A stretch of 64,000 bases of DNA from Guillardia theta CCMP2712. Its lineage: Eukaryota; Protista; Cryptophyta. This document shows, piece after piece, positions 35,001-47,280 of this stretch (its first letter is position 1; each line of letters starts with the position of its first letter). Both the position numbers and the translations under genes were made by a program. The notes beneath the pieces were generated by a model. The model was not told where the DNA came from, made no database searches, and saw only the letters and a program-made list of their open reading frames with translations. The stretch is taken from the NCBI RefSeq assembly GCF_000315625.1, contig NW_005434599.1, forward strand, positions 184,851 through 248,850. The letters run 5' to 3'.

Positions 35001-38000
35001 GGGGAGGAACTGCTTGAGGTAGAAGAGGAACAGCTTCTGATCCATCGAGTCGATCTCCGTCACCAAGTTGCCGGGCCGTGACTGCTGGCAGGCAAACAGG
35101 ACGAGGGTTTTGAGATACCGCGGGTTCCCGCTCTCACTCTTGAACATGCGCATGAACAAGCCTGTCGGCTGCCGCAGCAGGTGGCGGCCATGGCGGAGGA
35201 TCGTGGAGTAGATCAGTGAAGTGGCCTCTGGCTTCGACAGCTGCGGCAGCCTGACGACCTGCGCTCCCTTGGCGTCCTCGAGCGTGTCCGACCCCACCTT
35301 CAAGGTAGCAACGCACCATACGCGCACCTGGCTGCTCCGCAGCCTGCTCTGGACCTGCTGGAGGATTTCTCCGACGGACTCCAGCTCGGAGCTGGTCAGG
35401 CCATCGACGAAGAGGCCGAAGTTGTAGTTGAAGCCGCCCGAGTACAAGTCGAGGAGGACGGCGCGGAGGAGGTCGAAGGAGTTGGACTTGGGGCCTGGGA
35501 GGATCTTGTCTGCGAGCCACTGCTGGGCGAGGGAGTGGGACTGGAGCTCGAAGAGCTCGACAACGGAGTCGAGAATCTCCCGCACGAGGTGTAGGCAGAC
35601 GTCTTTGGAGGAGTGCCAAGGGGCCTTGTAGAAGGAGATGAGGAAGAGGTGGGAGGAGGACTCGAGGTACTTCTTGCGCCACTCCAGGTCACCTGTCCTG
35701 CTCTTGAGGAAGAGGAAGTGCTGAATGCTCAGCGAGAAAGTCTCGTGCTCTTGCTTGCCCGGCAGCGGGGACGCGGCGTCTCGCTCCTCAAACCTCTTGA
35801 GGCCCTGCCTGGGCGCCAGCTGGTTGGGGTTCTTCCTGGATTTCTTCTGGGCAGCCTGAGCGTCCGACTTGATCTGCTTCCTCAGCTCTCGCGCCTTGGT
35901 CCTCATCACGGATGCAACGCGAGCGAGCATGGTGGTCCTGCCCGACCCAGCAGGGCCGTGCAGCACGAAGAGGCTCCTCTTCTTCTCCTCCAGGGCCCCC
36001 ATGAGAACCTCGTAGGAGGAGTTGAAGATGCCGTCGCCTCGATGCCGCAGCTCGTTCCTGCTGTAGATCCCGTCAACCTTGAGCCACTCGCTCTCCTCCC
36101 CGCGGAAGAGGCTGCACATGCTCAGCAGGAAGTTGGTGAACTTCTCTCGCTCGCCCTCGTCCATGCTAAACCCCGAGATGCACGCGTTGCTCACGAGCTC
36201 CTCCTCGTGCCGCTCCTGCTCGAACCGCGAGATGGCATGGCAGTCCTGCAGGTGCAGTAGCTTGGGGGAGACGAGCCGTTCGAAGACGGAGAAGGTAGAG
36301 GAGAACGCGTCTAGCATGAAGCCGCAAAGCTTCTCTCTGCTCCACGACAGCTGAGTGCTGTACGACTCGACCGAAGACGGGAGGCTGAGGGTCACAGGAG
36401 CCGGCAGGTCGTCGATCTTGAGCTCGTTGGTGAGCTTCTGGATGGCAGCTCGTCCTGCTCCCTCATGCGGGTACACCACTAGGGCGTCGCCCTGCAGCTC
36501 GTGGAGGACCTGCCCGTCCTCCTCCACCACGCTCGTCGTGTAGACCCTCGAAAGCTTCCGGCAGGGGCTGAACTTGGAGGAGGTCATGGCAAGGAAGACG
36601 TCCTTCTCCTTGTTGCTCATCTCCTTGGCCGCTCGCTCGGCGTCGGAGAACACCTTCTCGTTGAGCGTGAAGGGAAGGCCGGAGACGAAGACGCGGCAGG
36701 AGGAGGAGGCAGGGTCGACGATGTTCAGGTAGACCTTCTTGGAGTTGGCCCCCCAGGGACGCGACCTATCGAAGCGGGAGGAGATGGTGGAGGAGATAGC
36801 GCGGTGCTTGTAGACGAGCACAGCAGAGTCCTTCTCCTGCCGCAGGGAGCTGAACTGCGACATTGGGACGAGGTTGAAGAACGTGTGCACCTCCTCTGTC
36901 TTCACATCCCACGGCAGCCCCGTCACCTTGAGGAACCCGACAGGGTCGTTATCCCCGCGCTCGATGATGACGCATCCTCCCGCACGCGCCCTGTCCAAGT
37001 CCGAGGTGGAGGAGGCTGCAGGAGCAGAGGAGTGCATGGAGGAGCGGACGAACTTGGCCTTGTGCATGTTCTCTTTGACGCAGAGCGCAAGCTCGGTGCT
37101 TTCGTACAGCAGCTCCGCCCATCCCGTGCTCTCTCCCTCCGCCCTCGAGCTGTTGGCATGCACGTTGAACTCCTTCAGGGGGATAGAGAAGGTCGACAGG
37201 ACCGTCTTCTCCTGCGTTCCCGGCGGGATGCCGACGACTTCAAGGAGCGTCAGGTCAAAGTCGTCGTTGACCATCGTGACGTACTCGTTGCCCGCGAGCT
37301 CACACCCCTTGATCCGCACGCTGATGGTATGGTTCCTCAGCTGCTGCTTCTGGGTGGCGAGCAGGGCAGCAAGCTGCGCCTGCTCCCCGCGGAAGGTGAC
37401 GACTGCGTTGCTCCCCCGGTTGCAGAGGAAGCTCAGGTGCGGGTCGATGTCGTCAAGGGTTATGGGCCTCTGCATCTCGAACGTCATCCCCTCCAGCAGC
37501 CTCTCCGTCATGTACTGCAGCCTCGGCTCGCTCGCGCTCTTCTCCCCCTCCTTCGCCTCCAGCCCCTTCACCAGCACTGAGCTCCACAGCACCCGCGCAT
37601 ACGCAGAGGTCTTGAGCCCCTCCAGCTCCAGCGAGAAGTCGCGGCAGCGCTGCCGCTCCCGGAGGGGCTTCAGCAGCTTCTCCTCCAACATGTCGGCATG
37701 CAGCCGATGCCTCGCCCGCTCGGCCTGCGGCAGATGCTCGAGGGAGAAGAACTCGCGGAGGAGCCCAGGGACCTCCCGTGCGAACCTTTCGCTCTCCATG
37801 CTCTTCCTGTCTCGGAGGAAGCACGTCAGCTCTGACTCTAGCTCTCCCTCCACCAGCAGCTTCTCCTCCCCTGCCGCGCCTTCCTGGGGACGGGCAGGAG
37901 GGAGAGGAGAGGCAGCACGCAGCTGTAGCTCGAGGCAGGAGGGCAGCTCGTCCTTGCCCGTGGGGCTCAGGCCGAGCTCCTTCAGCTCCTCGCTGCGAAG

Positions 38001-41000
38001 GGAGAGGAGCGAGAAGTTATCGCGGCTGAGCTGATCGTGGTAGATCTGCCCGATGACGAACATGCATAGGAGCCGCTGAGTCTCGTCCTCCAGCCGGAGC
38101 CTCGACCCCTTCACCTCCTCAGCAATCCTCCAGCTGAACTGATCTCGCATCCAGGCGAGCTCAGCTGGGATATTCCCCTCACAGGAGGTGAGAAGTCTCG
38201 GAAAGAAGCTCCAGTCCAGCCACACCAGGTCGATGCCAAATCGCCTGCTCGCCTTCCTCAGTGCTGGCAGCACGCAGCTGTGGAGGAGGGAGCGCTCGGC
38301 GAACGTGTCTTGCGGTGTCCCGCCAACGAAGAGCCGAGCAGGCACCAGCTCTCGTCCCTCCTCCTCCAGCCCCGTGATGACAACCTGCGAGCCTACACTC
38401 TTTCCCTTGAGCAGGTTCAGCCGCATGAGCTCGCGGACTTCATCCGCATACTTGACGGTGGGGAGAGCGATGGCGAACGCGGCGGACTTGCGGTGGGAGC
38501 TGCTGAAGTGCTTGTGGGAGGTGCGAGGTCGAGGAGAGGACGTCTTCCCGCTAGCCGCCTGCTGCGACGATGCCACTGAACCCCCGCTGTCCGTCCTCTT
38601 GAAGTCATCCGTCTCCGTCGTCTTGTCGTCGTCACTGTCTTCAGACTCTTCCACCGAGATGCGCAGGACGGCGGAGGAGCGGGAGGTGTCGACGGAGGCG
38701 ACTGAGACGCTGGCATGCTTGCACACGCACGTCATGTTGAGGAAGGAGCCCGCCGCAGCATGCAGACCGACTTTAATGGCCTCGACCCCCTGGTTGCCGT
38801 CTGCCGTGAACTTCACGCGCAGCAGGGCCTCGGACGCGTGCTCCTTGCTGCACAGGGCCTCTGCCAGGCACTCGAAGTTCTCCTCGCTGAATCTCGAGCC
38901 TGTCCAGTGCTTCTCGCAGAAGGAGGTCACGGCCGACTTCCTTGACTCCTTGAAGCCACTGACAAGCTTCTGCAGACTGTCGATGAACTTCTCCGCGTCG
39001 TTCTGCTTGCCCATCGCCAGGAAGATCTTGGTGTCGCGGAAGTGCGTCAGATTCCGCAGCCTGCTGACGGCAGTGACTACGTCCACACCCTCCAGCGGCT
39101 TCTCCGACTCGCCAAGGAGGCCGTTGGCCTGTTCGACGACCTTCTTGACAAGATTCTGAAGGTGCGGGTCCAGCGAGGGAGCTGACTTGATGACGTCAAA
39201 GAGGAAGCTGTCGTGCTCCTGCGCAAGGTGAGAGTAGTGGAGGAGGAGGTAGGACTTGAGAGGGTCCAAGAAGCTCAACTCCACCACGTCCTGGTTCTTC
39301 TCCATCCGCACCAGGCTGGTCAAGCACATCTCAAGGTCCCGCACGAGGAGGTGCAGCGCTCCCATGCGGATCTTGGCATGGCAGTAGTGGAGGTTCCTGA
39401 GGATGCGCGGGAGGAACTCGTATGCGTACTTCCCTCCGACTCGCGCCAGGTAGGGAGCGAGCTCGAGCAGCATCCTCGGCCTCTCTGCCCGCCATAGATG
39501 ATCGTCGAGGTGCGCAGGCTTGGAGATGCCCTCGTCTGCAAGCCAGGAGAAGACTTGCCTCTCCATCTGAAACATCCTCCGCGCGCTCTCCTGCTCCTGG
39601 AAGCTCACCTTCATCTCTTCCAGGGTCGGGAACCCGATCCTGATCGTACCCGCCACATCGAAGATCTTGTGCCGCTGAACAGTGACGGCAGGTATCACGC
39701 CGAAGAGCTCGTCCTCGGCTACCCAGTAGCTCTCGGCCTGCACTGATCCCTCCTCCTTGACGATCAGGTAGCGAGCGTTGGAGGCTCTCAAAGCGATACG
39801 ATGCCCTTCGTCGGTCGAGTGGACGGAGACCTCGAACGTGTCTCCCGCTAACATGCTCCCTGCTCCATGCGGCTTCGAGATGATCCGTCCATCAGCTGCA
39901 AGCGACCAGTACTTGCCCTGGTTCTTGGAGCGGATGGCAAACTCAAACGCCGTTTCGACCCTCTCCAGCTGGAAGATGCAGGCATCGGTAGCTGCGAGGC
40001 TGCGGGAGACAGCGCAGAGCTTCCCGTCGTTGGAGAGAGTCAAGATCCGGTTGTCGTTAGAGACGAGGCAGATGGCAGCGCCGGAGCACAACGTGAGGGG
40101 ACGGGACTCGGCCGCGCTCCTCTGCTTGCTCAGTGCAGGGATGAAGATCCCCCCGAGCTGGTGGAGGCCTCGCTCGCTGAAGCTGCCATGAAACCCTAGC
40201 AGGCGCATACCCTCTGGCGGCTTCAAGACGATCTCCGAGCCGTCGGTGATGCGGCCGAACTTGTACTCACTCGTCGTCACCTTCCCCGTCTCCTTGTCGA
40301 CCGCCGCCGTGACCAGTCTCAGCTGCCCGATGACCCCGGGAGCGAGCCGTTGGCTGATGACGTACCCGACTTCAAGGATCTCCTCCTCAGGCTTCAGCGG
40401 CTGGTTGATCATGACGGGCATGTTCTTTCCCAGGTCAACCGACCTCTTGTCGGGCTTTGCGCCGCGCTGACCCTCCCTGACGTAGGTCACCTGAAGGCCA
40501 TGGATGTGGCCGGTAGACCAGATGGAGATCTCAGACATCCTGCACTTGTGAGACAGATAGTCATCGAAGAAAGACCAGTCGTCAAACGTCTCTGCTCCCT
40601 GGGAGGATCCTGTCAATTCGCTCCGCACCACATTCGCTCTCACGCCGATCTCGTCCTCCTCTGCCTTCTTCCTCGCCTTCGCATCGCGAACGCGCTGCCT
40701 CTCTACCTCTGCAGATTCCTTCGCCTTGCGCTTTTCTTCCGCCAACGCGAGGGCCATCCTCTCATTCTGCAGCCTGATTCCATCATTCTCCTCCTCGATC
40801 AGCCGTGACCTCTTCCATGCTCGCAGTATCCCATCATCCCCACCAGAGATCAAGATGCTGTACGCATAAGGGATCTTGTGGAAGACAGCAAGACATCTGA
40901 CCGACGTGTTGGGCCCGTGACAGGACGCGAGTCTTTTCCCGCTCTCAATGTTCCAGGCCTTGATGGTTCCATCGCGATCCCCCAGGTACAACAAGCCGTC

Positions 41001-42161
41001 GATCCCGACTGCGGCTGCCCATGGATGGCAAGAGCAAGAAGGCTTCTCCTCGTCATTCTCTTCCGAATCTGCGTCAAGGCTGATGACGCGCTTGCAAGTC
41101 AGCGTCTCTCCCTCCCAAATCCGAACGCTCCCGTCCTCCGAGCAGCTGCAGAACCCTGCTGTCGAGTTCCTTCCATCTGCTGCTCTTGGGAAATCCGACT
41201 CCTTCCCAGGAAACTCGCAGCCGATCAAGCACGTCACAGCTTGAGTGTGACCTGTAAGGTTCTGCAGGCAGAGCCTCTTGCTCACGTCCCAAACTTTGAT
41301 CACGGAGTCGTACCCCGCAGACAGCAGAAAGCCGTTCACCACCAAGAGCGTCAGGATCGGCAACTCGTGCCCTGTCATCATCCCTGAGCACGCCATGCTC
41401 TCAACCTCCCAGATTCTTATCGTTCGATCGTTTCCTGCCGTCAAGACGATGTCATCGTTCATCCCACAGATAGCCCGAACGAACCCTGCATGTCCGTTGA
41501 GCGAGCCAACAAATTCAAACCCCTTCCGCAGGTCCCACACGTTGACAACCGAGTCCCATCCTCCAGAGAAGAGGTACGTGTCTTTCACCAGGCACAGACT
41601 AGCGACAGCTGCTGTGTGCGCCTGTATCGATCGCTGCGGCTTCGGGAACTTAGCCTTCCCCCCCTGCACCTCCAGTAGCTCCTCGAGTTGCCAAATGTGA
41701 AGGTTGCCGTCCATGTCCCCGGTGTACGTGAGACCATTGTGCGGGTTGTAGACTATGCTGCGGAACGGCGCTTCCTTGGTAGAAGAGCTACAGAAGAGGT
41801 GTCGTGCATACTCTGTGTCATTCCTGGGACCCCTCTTCCTCTCGGGTGAACCGAAAAGCTTTCTCGGGCTATCGCCTGACAGCAGCAGGGTTCTTCCCCT
41901 ACCTTTCCGCGAGGGAGAAGCTCCAACAATGCTCTCAAAGTGCTTCTGCATTTCTTTTCCGATCGCACTCTTGGCGTGCCGGAGAGGGGAGGCGTTCCCA
42001 GGCGTGCTCGCGTGCGTCTCATCCTTCTCTGCCTTCTTCCTCCTCGGGGTAGTGAGCACAAGCCTCCTCCCGCTCTGAGGGCGAGAGCTTGCCAGCAGTG
42101 ATGTCACTCTGTGCGGGCTGCTAGCTGTCTTGGGCCTGGACGGAGAAGACGCACTCGCCAT
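32071..42161 (-). CDS. Giant multidomain STAND/NACHT-like protein: WD40 - coiled coil - jacalin-like - fascin-like - DUF4062-like - RRM-like x~4 - NACHT-like - vWA-like - ILEI-like
   Basis: 8610-nt first exon (33552-42161) followed by several short exons. WD40 repeats (AHTAAV..LFSGGWDSVVNVWD; GHAGFV..IRIWE; GHELPI..IKVWD), P-loop GPAGSGRTT, Walker B-like LFVDGL and GNPRYL. The 3' end crosses an N gap, so the stop at 32071 is tentative. Confidence 0.85.
32478..32577. other. Assembly gap (100 N)
   Basis: Run of n. Confidence 1.
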
Positions 42162-42324
42162 GTCTTCAGATCCTTGTCCTGCCTCTCACCATGTACAACC
42201 AACCGCCTGAATCCTTTTTTTGTTTTTCTTTTTTCTTTTTTTTGGTTTTACAGTGTGTCCCCCAGCAGCTTCTGATCGGATTGCCTAGGGACCCGCCTCA
42301 GATAAAACCGCGAAAGAAGTAAGA

Positions 42325-42945
42325 ACTAGGTGGGGTGGGGTAATTACAGATATTCATGGGGTAGGGTAGGTACCAGAACCACACATTTCATCATTACTTT
42401 CGAGGCAAAGGAAGGGTAGGGTGATATATCATCAAGGAATCTCTGTGGGGAGGGGTAGTTGGGATACGATTTGGGGGGTGGATAAAAGCAGGGTTCCTAC
42501 ACCCACCGGCTATTTGGGCGGGGTATATGGTGGGTAGGGGTCCAGTTGAGGTTGTACCCATAATTTTACTCAAGTTTCCATGTTGGCCGTTACGCCTCAA
42601 CTGTCGACTACAAGCCCGGTGACCACCCACCTCGCACAACTAGCGCCTACCCGCCGTCCTTGTACTAGTACCCCTACTTCCTAGATGTGTATTCGCTGTG
42701 AAGTACCGGTGCAATTCTTCTCCCCACCCCCTTGAGAATCAACCTGTGTAGTACTCCCTGCTAGCTGTTGTCAAACTCGCTGAAGGTCCGATTGAAGGGT
42801 AGGGGTACTCACCCCTACGAGGAATTACATACACTCCTCGAGTTCACACCCGTACTACGAAGAGACTTACACAGTGATTAGAGGGGTACAGTTTTATTTG
42901 GGTAGGGTGATTGACCCCACCTGAACTGGGTTATCACCCCCACTC
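42325..42945. promoter_or_regulatory. GGGGTA/TACCCC motif cluster in divergent intergenic region
   Basis: Many GGGTAGGG and TACCCC variants, including GATTGAAGGGTAGGGGTACTCACCC at 42790-42814. Confidence 0.45.
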
Positions 42946-43475
42946 CCGGCTGCCCCCTCCGGCGCTCGAAGAGGAAAAATGGAGAGGAAGGCCGGGAGGG
43001 AAGGAGATGAAAGCAAGAGGAGAAGGACAAGGATGGGATAGAGGGGGGAAGGAAGATGACAGGATCATTGAGAGATAGGTTACTTGTCAGTACCATACTC
43101 GTTCCAACCGTGTAAACCGTTTCCTTGCGCCTCCACATGTTTCCTCTCACTCCACCTGTCACTCCGCCTGCGTCCAGACAAGTGAGGGGAAGCAGGAAGA
43201 AATGTTAGTAGGAAACAAGGACAAGACGAAGTGAGAAAAAATATGATTCCCTGGAAAATCAATCTGAAAGAATCGGCGGGGAGTGCGATCTGGACAGAGA
43301 ATAAGTAGAAGATTGTGATAGGCAAAAGTCAAGGTCAAAAGGATTCCAATCACCATCATCCTTCTAGACTATGAGCTTAATAACAGACGTCGACTCAATC
43401 TGTAAGATTGCTGACGCTGATGACAGTTGATTTGATCGCCAAGGTGCTTGTTGGTGAGGACTCCATCTCATCGCG

Positions 43476-46400
43476 ATGGAGGTAGGGAGTAATGGAGCGG
43501 TGGGAGAAATATCAAATGATATTTCGCAGAAGAAGAGAACCTCATCGTACAAGGACAATCGGCTCCTTGTCACGTCTCGAATATGGCTCAAGGTGTCCGA
43601 CCTCCGATGGGTAGCTGGCACTGTTGAGAGCGTTGACGAGAAGTGAGTCAGCTAGGTTGTGTGAGGCTTGTCTGAACATTGACTCAGGAACCTGACGATC
43701 CGAACCGAGGATGGAATGCTCGTCTCGGTCCCTCGAGGCAGCAACCGGATCAGTCAGAGAACTCCACCAGGGATGGTCGCCATCGACGACCTGACCGCTC
43801 TCCCGGATCTTGATGAGCCCAACATGCTAGACAGCCTGTGTCAGAGGTACCTGCAGCACAAGATATACACCCGGACAGGCCCCATCCTCGTTGGAATGAA
43901 TCCCTGGCAAGACTTGCGGCTGTATGCTCCGGAAGTGCTGCACTCATATCGCAAGCAGCAGATGAACTCGATGCCCCCGCACGTGTTCGCCGTGAGTGAA
44001 ACGGCGTTTGCGAACCTGCAGGCTGAGAGGAAGGATCAAACTATTCTCGTGAGTGGCGACTCGGGATCGGGGAAGACTGAGAGCACAAAATTCATGATGC
44101 AGTACTTGGCAGCTGTCGCAAACCACACCCAGAAGACAGCAAACATCGAGCAGCGTGTCTTGCAGTGTAACCCAGTGCTAGAGGCGTTCGGAAACGCTAA
44201 GACTCTCAGGAACGACAACTCTTCAAGGTTCGGAAAGTACATTGATATCAACTTCGACTCTTCGTTCGCCATCAGCGGAGCAAAGATTGACACGTACCTC
44301 CTTGAGAAATCTCGTGTTGTCTCCCAACAACCGGGTGAGCGAAACTTCCATATCTTCTACCAGTTGTGCTCGCAGGTGGGCAAAGATGCATACTTCAGCA
44401 ACATCCTTGCGCTGAGGCCCGCTGAAGACTTCAACTATCTGTATCAGGGAGCACATGTCACGGTCTCTTACAAAGCTGCAAACTCATTTGAAAACACAGT
44501 CGAGGCCTTCATGGCCATTGGGATTCCACAGAATGAGCAAGAAGAGATTTTCAAAGTCATCGGAGCTGTAATGCACATGGGAAACATCAAGATATCATCA
44601 GACAAGGACGGCAACAGCGTCATCGATCCCAACTCTACAGACGCTATAAACTGCACAAGACTCCTTGGCTGCTCTCACCATGACTTGATCAATGCCCTGA
44701 TGCAGCGACAGATCCAGGCAGGGATCCTGGGCTCAGGCGACAACTACCTAGTGGCTCAGACATGCCAACAAGCAATGGATGCAAGAGATGCGCTCGCCCG
44801 TGCCCTATACGAGCACATGTTCTCTGCTCTCGTGCAGCGTATCAACGTCTCATTTGGCATGGTAAACAACGAGTTGAATGGAACGAGCCAAAAGAACCAC
44901 AAGATCATTTCCATCCTTGACATCTTCGGGTTCGAGCACTTCAAGACGAACTACTTCGAGCAGATGTGCATCAACTACGCCAACGAGAAGCTTCAGGGTC
45001 ACTTCAACGAGTACAACTTCTCCTTGGAGGTGATCGAATATCAACGAGAGCAGATTGACTGGTCTTACAGCGACTTCAAGTTTGAGACCAACACCAAGTG
45101 CATCGAACTGATCGAGGGGAAGCGAAATGGCTTGTTCGCCCTGCTCGATGAACAGTGCATCATGCCCAATGGCTCGGACTCTACCTTCTGCACCAAGATC
45201 CAGCAGGAATTCGCCAGCCATCCACACTTCAGCGTTGTCAAGATGTCCTCCTCGCAATTTCAAATCAAACATTACGCCGCTGACGTCATCTACGATGCCA
45301 ACGGCTTCTGCTTCAAGAACAAGGATCCAGTGCAACCCGCACTGGTCTCGCTCATGTGCAACCAAACGTCCCCGTTCGTGAAGGAGCTCTTCAAGCGCTT
45401 TGTGCACAATGACTTGTCCAGTATCGCGGGATCTCCTACCCGCGGCCGGTCAACCATCATCTTCGAGAGCGTGACGATGCAGTTTAAACGTCAGCTCGGC
45501 GACCTCATGGCGAGGATCAACGCGGCTCAGCCTCACTTCGTCCGCTGCATCAACCCCAACTCACAGAAGATGCCAAAGCTGATCGAACCGGAGATGATCC
45601 TAGACCAACTCCGCTGCTCGGGCCTCATGGAGGCTGTTCGTGTGTCTCGCGCCGGCTTCCCAGTCCGCATCCTGCACGAGGACTTCATCTACCGCTACTC
45701 CATCCTAGTGCAGCCCATCAACATCTCCGAGGACCGGCTCAACGTCATCGAGATGATCCGACAGATGAAAATCTCCATCGAGAACTTCCGTGTTGGACTG
45801 ACCAAGGTCTTCCTCAGGAGAGCTGTGCATGAGAGGATGGAGGAGGACAGGAGCAGGCTGCTCGTGCGTGAAGCCAGCACGATTCAGCGCGTTTGCCGAG
45901 GTCACATGGCAAGGAAACTGTTCAGAAAGATCAAGAAGATGAGAAACGATGCAGCTCGGGCCTTGCAGGGGCAGTCGCGCATGGCAATCAACAGGATAAA
46001 GTATGCCATGCTCCTGAAGAAGAGGTATGAAGCGCTGCGGATCGCAGCAGAAAATGCAAAATTGGCAGAGTCGCAAGAGAAGGAGCGAGAGAAGGAGAGG
46101 GAGTTGGTGAAGGAGCAAGAAAGAAAGGAGGTCAGGGCCCCTCCCCCTCCTGCTCCTGTGGTCCCCGTGAAGGAGGTCGCGAGGCCGGCAAATGACGTCA
46201 TCGTCGCTCCAAGAGAAATCCCCTTCCAGCAAACCCCCGAGGCGACTTACATCTCCGACCTGCTCTGGAGCATCCGCACGTCGGCCAACAGCTTCGACAT
46301 CGATACGAAGAAGAAGGAGATCGAGGCGAAGATGGCGAAGAACAGCGGGTGGTACCAAGACGTCCTCAAGGCCTGCGAATCACTGTTGCAGGAGAAGCAA

Positions 46401-47117
46401 GACTTCCTGACTGAGATCAAGAACCTTCACGCAACGGTGGACCACAACGCCAAGAACAAGGTCGACGTGCTGACGAAGGAGATTGTCGGCAAGAACTCTG
46501 AGATCCACCAGCTGACCCAGTGGCTGGTGGAGGCTCGCGCACACGCCAAGGATCCCATCTACGTCCGCAGGCAGCTGGAGGAACAGTTCCAGATGAAGAT
46601 CAGCTCCCAGAACCGCGTCATCGAGGAGGTGGTCCGCCAGCTGGAGTTGACCAAGGCCGAGCTCAGGTGGAAGGAAGCTGAGAACGCGGACCTTGTCAAC
46701 CGCGTCAGCCGCCAGATGGCCTCCTCCTCAGGCCCCCGCATCGATCCGCACGACGGGCGCCTCTACTCGAGTGCCCAGCAGTACTCAAGCTCGAGAAACA
46801 GCTTCGACGGAGAGTTCTCCCCGTTCCGGTCGACGTCTGGGATCTCGCAGGAGCATCTCAAGGCTGCAATGCCGTCGGACCCTCTCATGCGCTCCAAGGA
46901 CGAGCGCATCCGCGAGCTGTCGAGGCAGCTGGAGGAGCAGCAGAGGAGGTACGTGACGATGGAGCAGCAGCTCTCGTCCGAGCTGCAGCAGCGGAACGCG
47001 ATGATGCACGAAGTGATTAGGGAGAAGGACATGAAGCTGGAGGAGATGGGCATCCGGCTCTACATGCTCACCGAGGCCGCGATGCGACAGAAAGACAGGC
47101 AGCTCAACGGATGGTAA
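43476..47117 (+). CDS. Myosin heavy chain (N-terminal SH3-like, motor, about 2 IQ motifs, coiled-coil tail); class not assigned
   Basis: ATG 43476 and intron 43643-43687. Motifs DDLTALPDLDEP, IYTRTGPILVGMNP, P-loop GDSGSGKTE, NPVLEAFGNAKTLRNDNSSRFGK, LDIFGFE, PHFVRCINPN, QLRCSG, GLTKVFLR and IQRVCRGHMARK. Confidence 0.95.
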
Positions 47118-47280
47118 AGAGCTCCGAGTGGAGAGAGAAGTTTCATGTGGAGATTGACACGTTGGTGAATGTAACATGTCCTTATCGCGAGCGTTGCCTC
47201 TCTTCCTTTCACTCCCTTCCAAATATTTCCTCTCCTCCATTCCTGCCTCTCCTTCCCAACATTCCTCCGTATCTCCTCTC

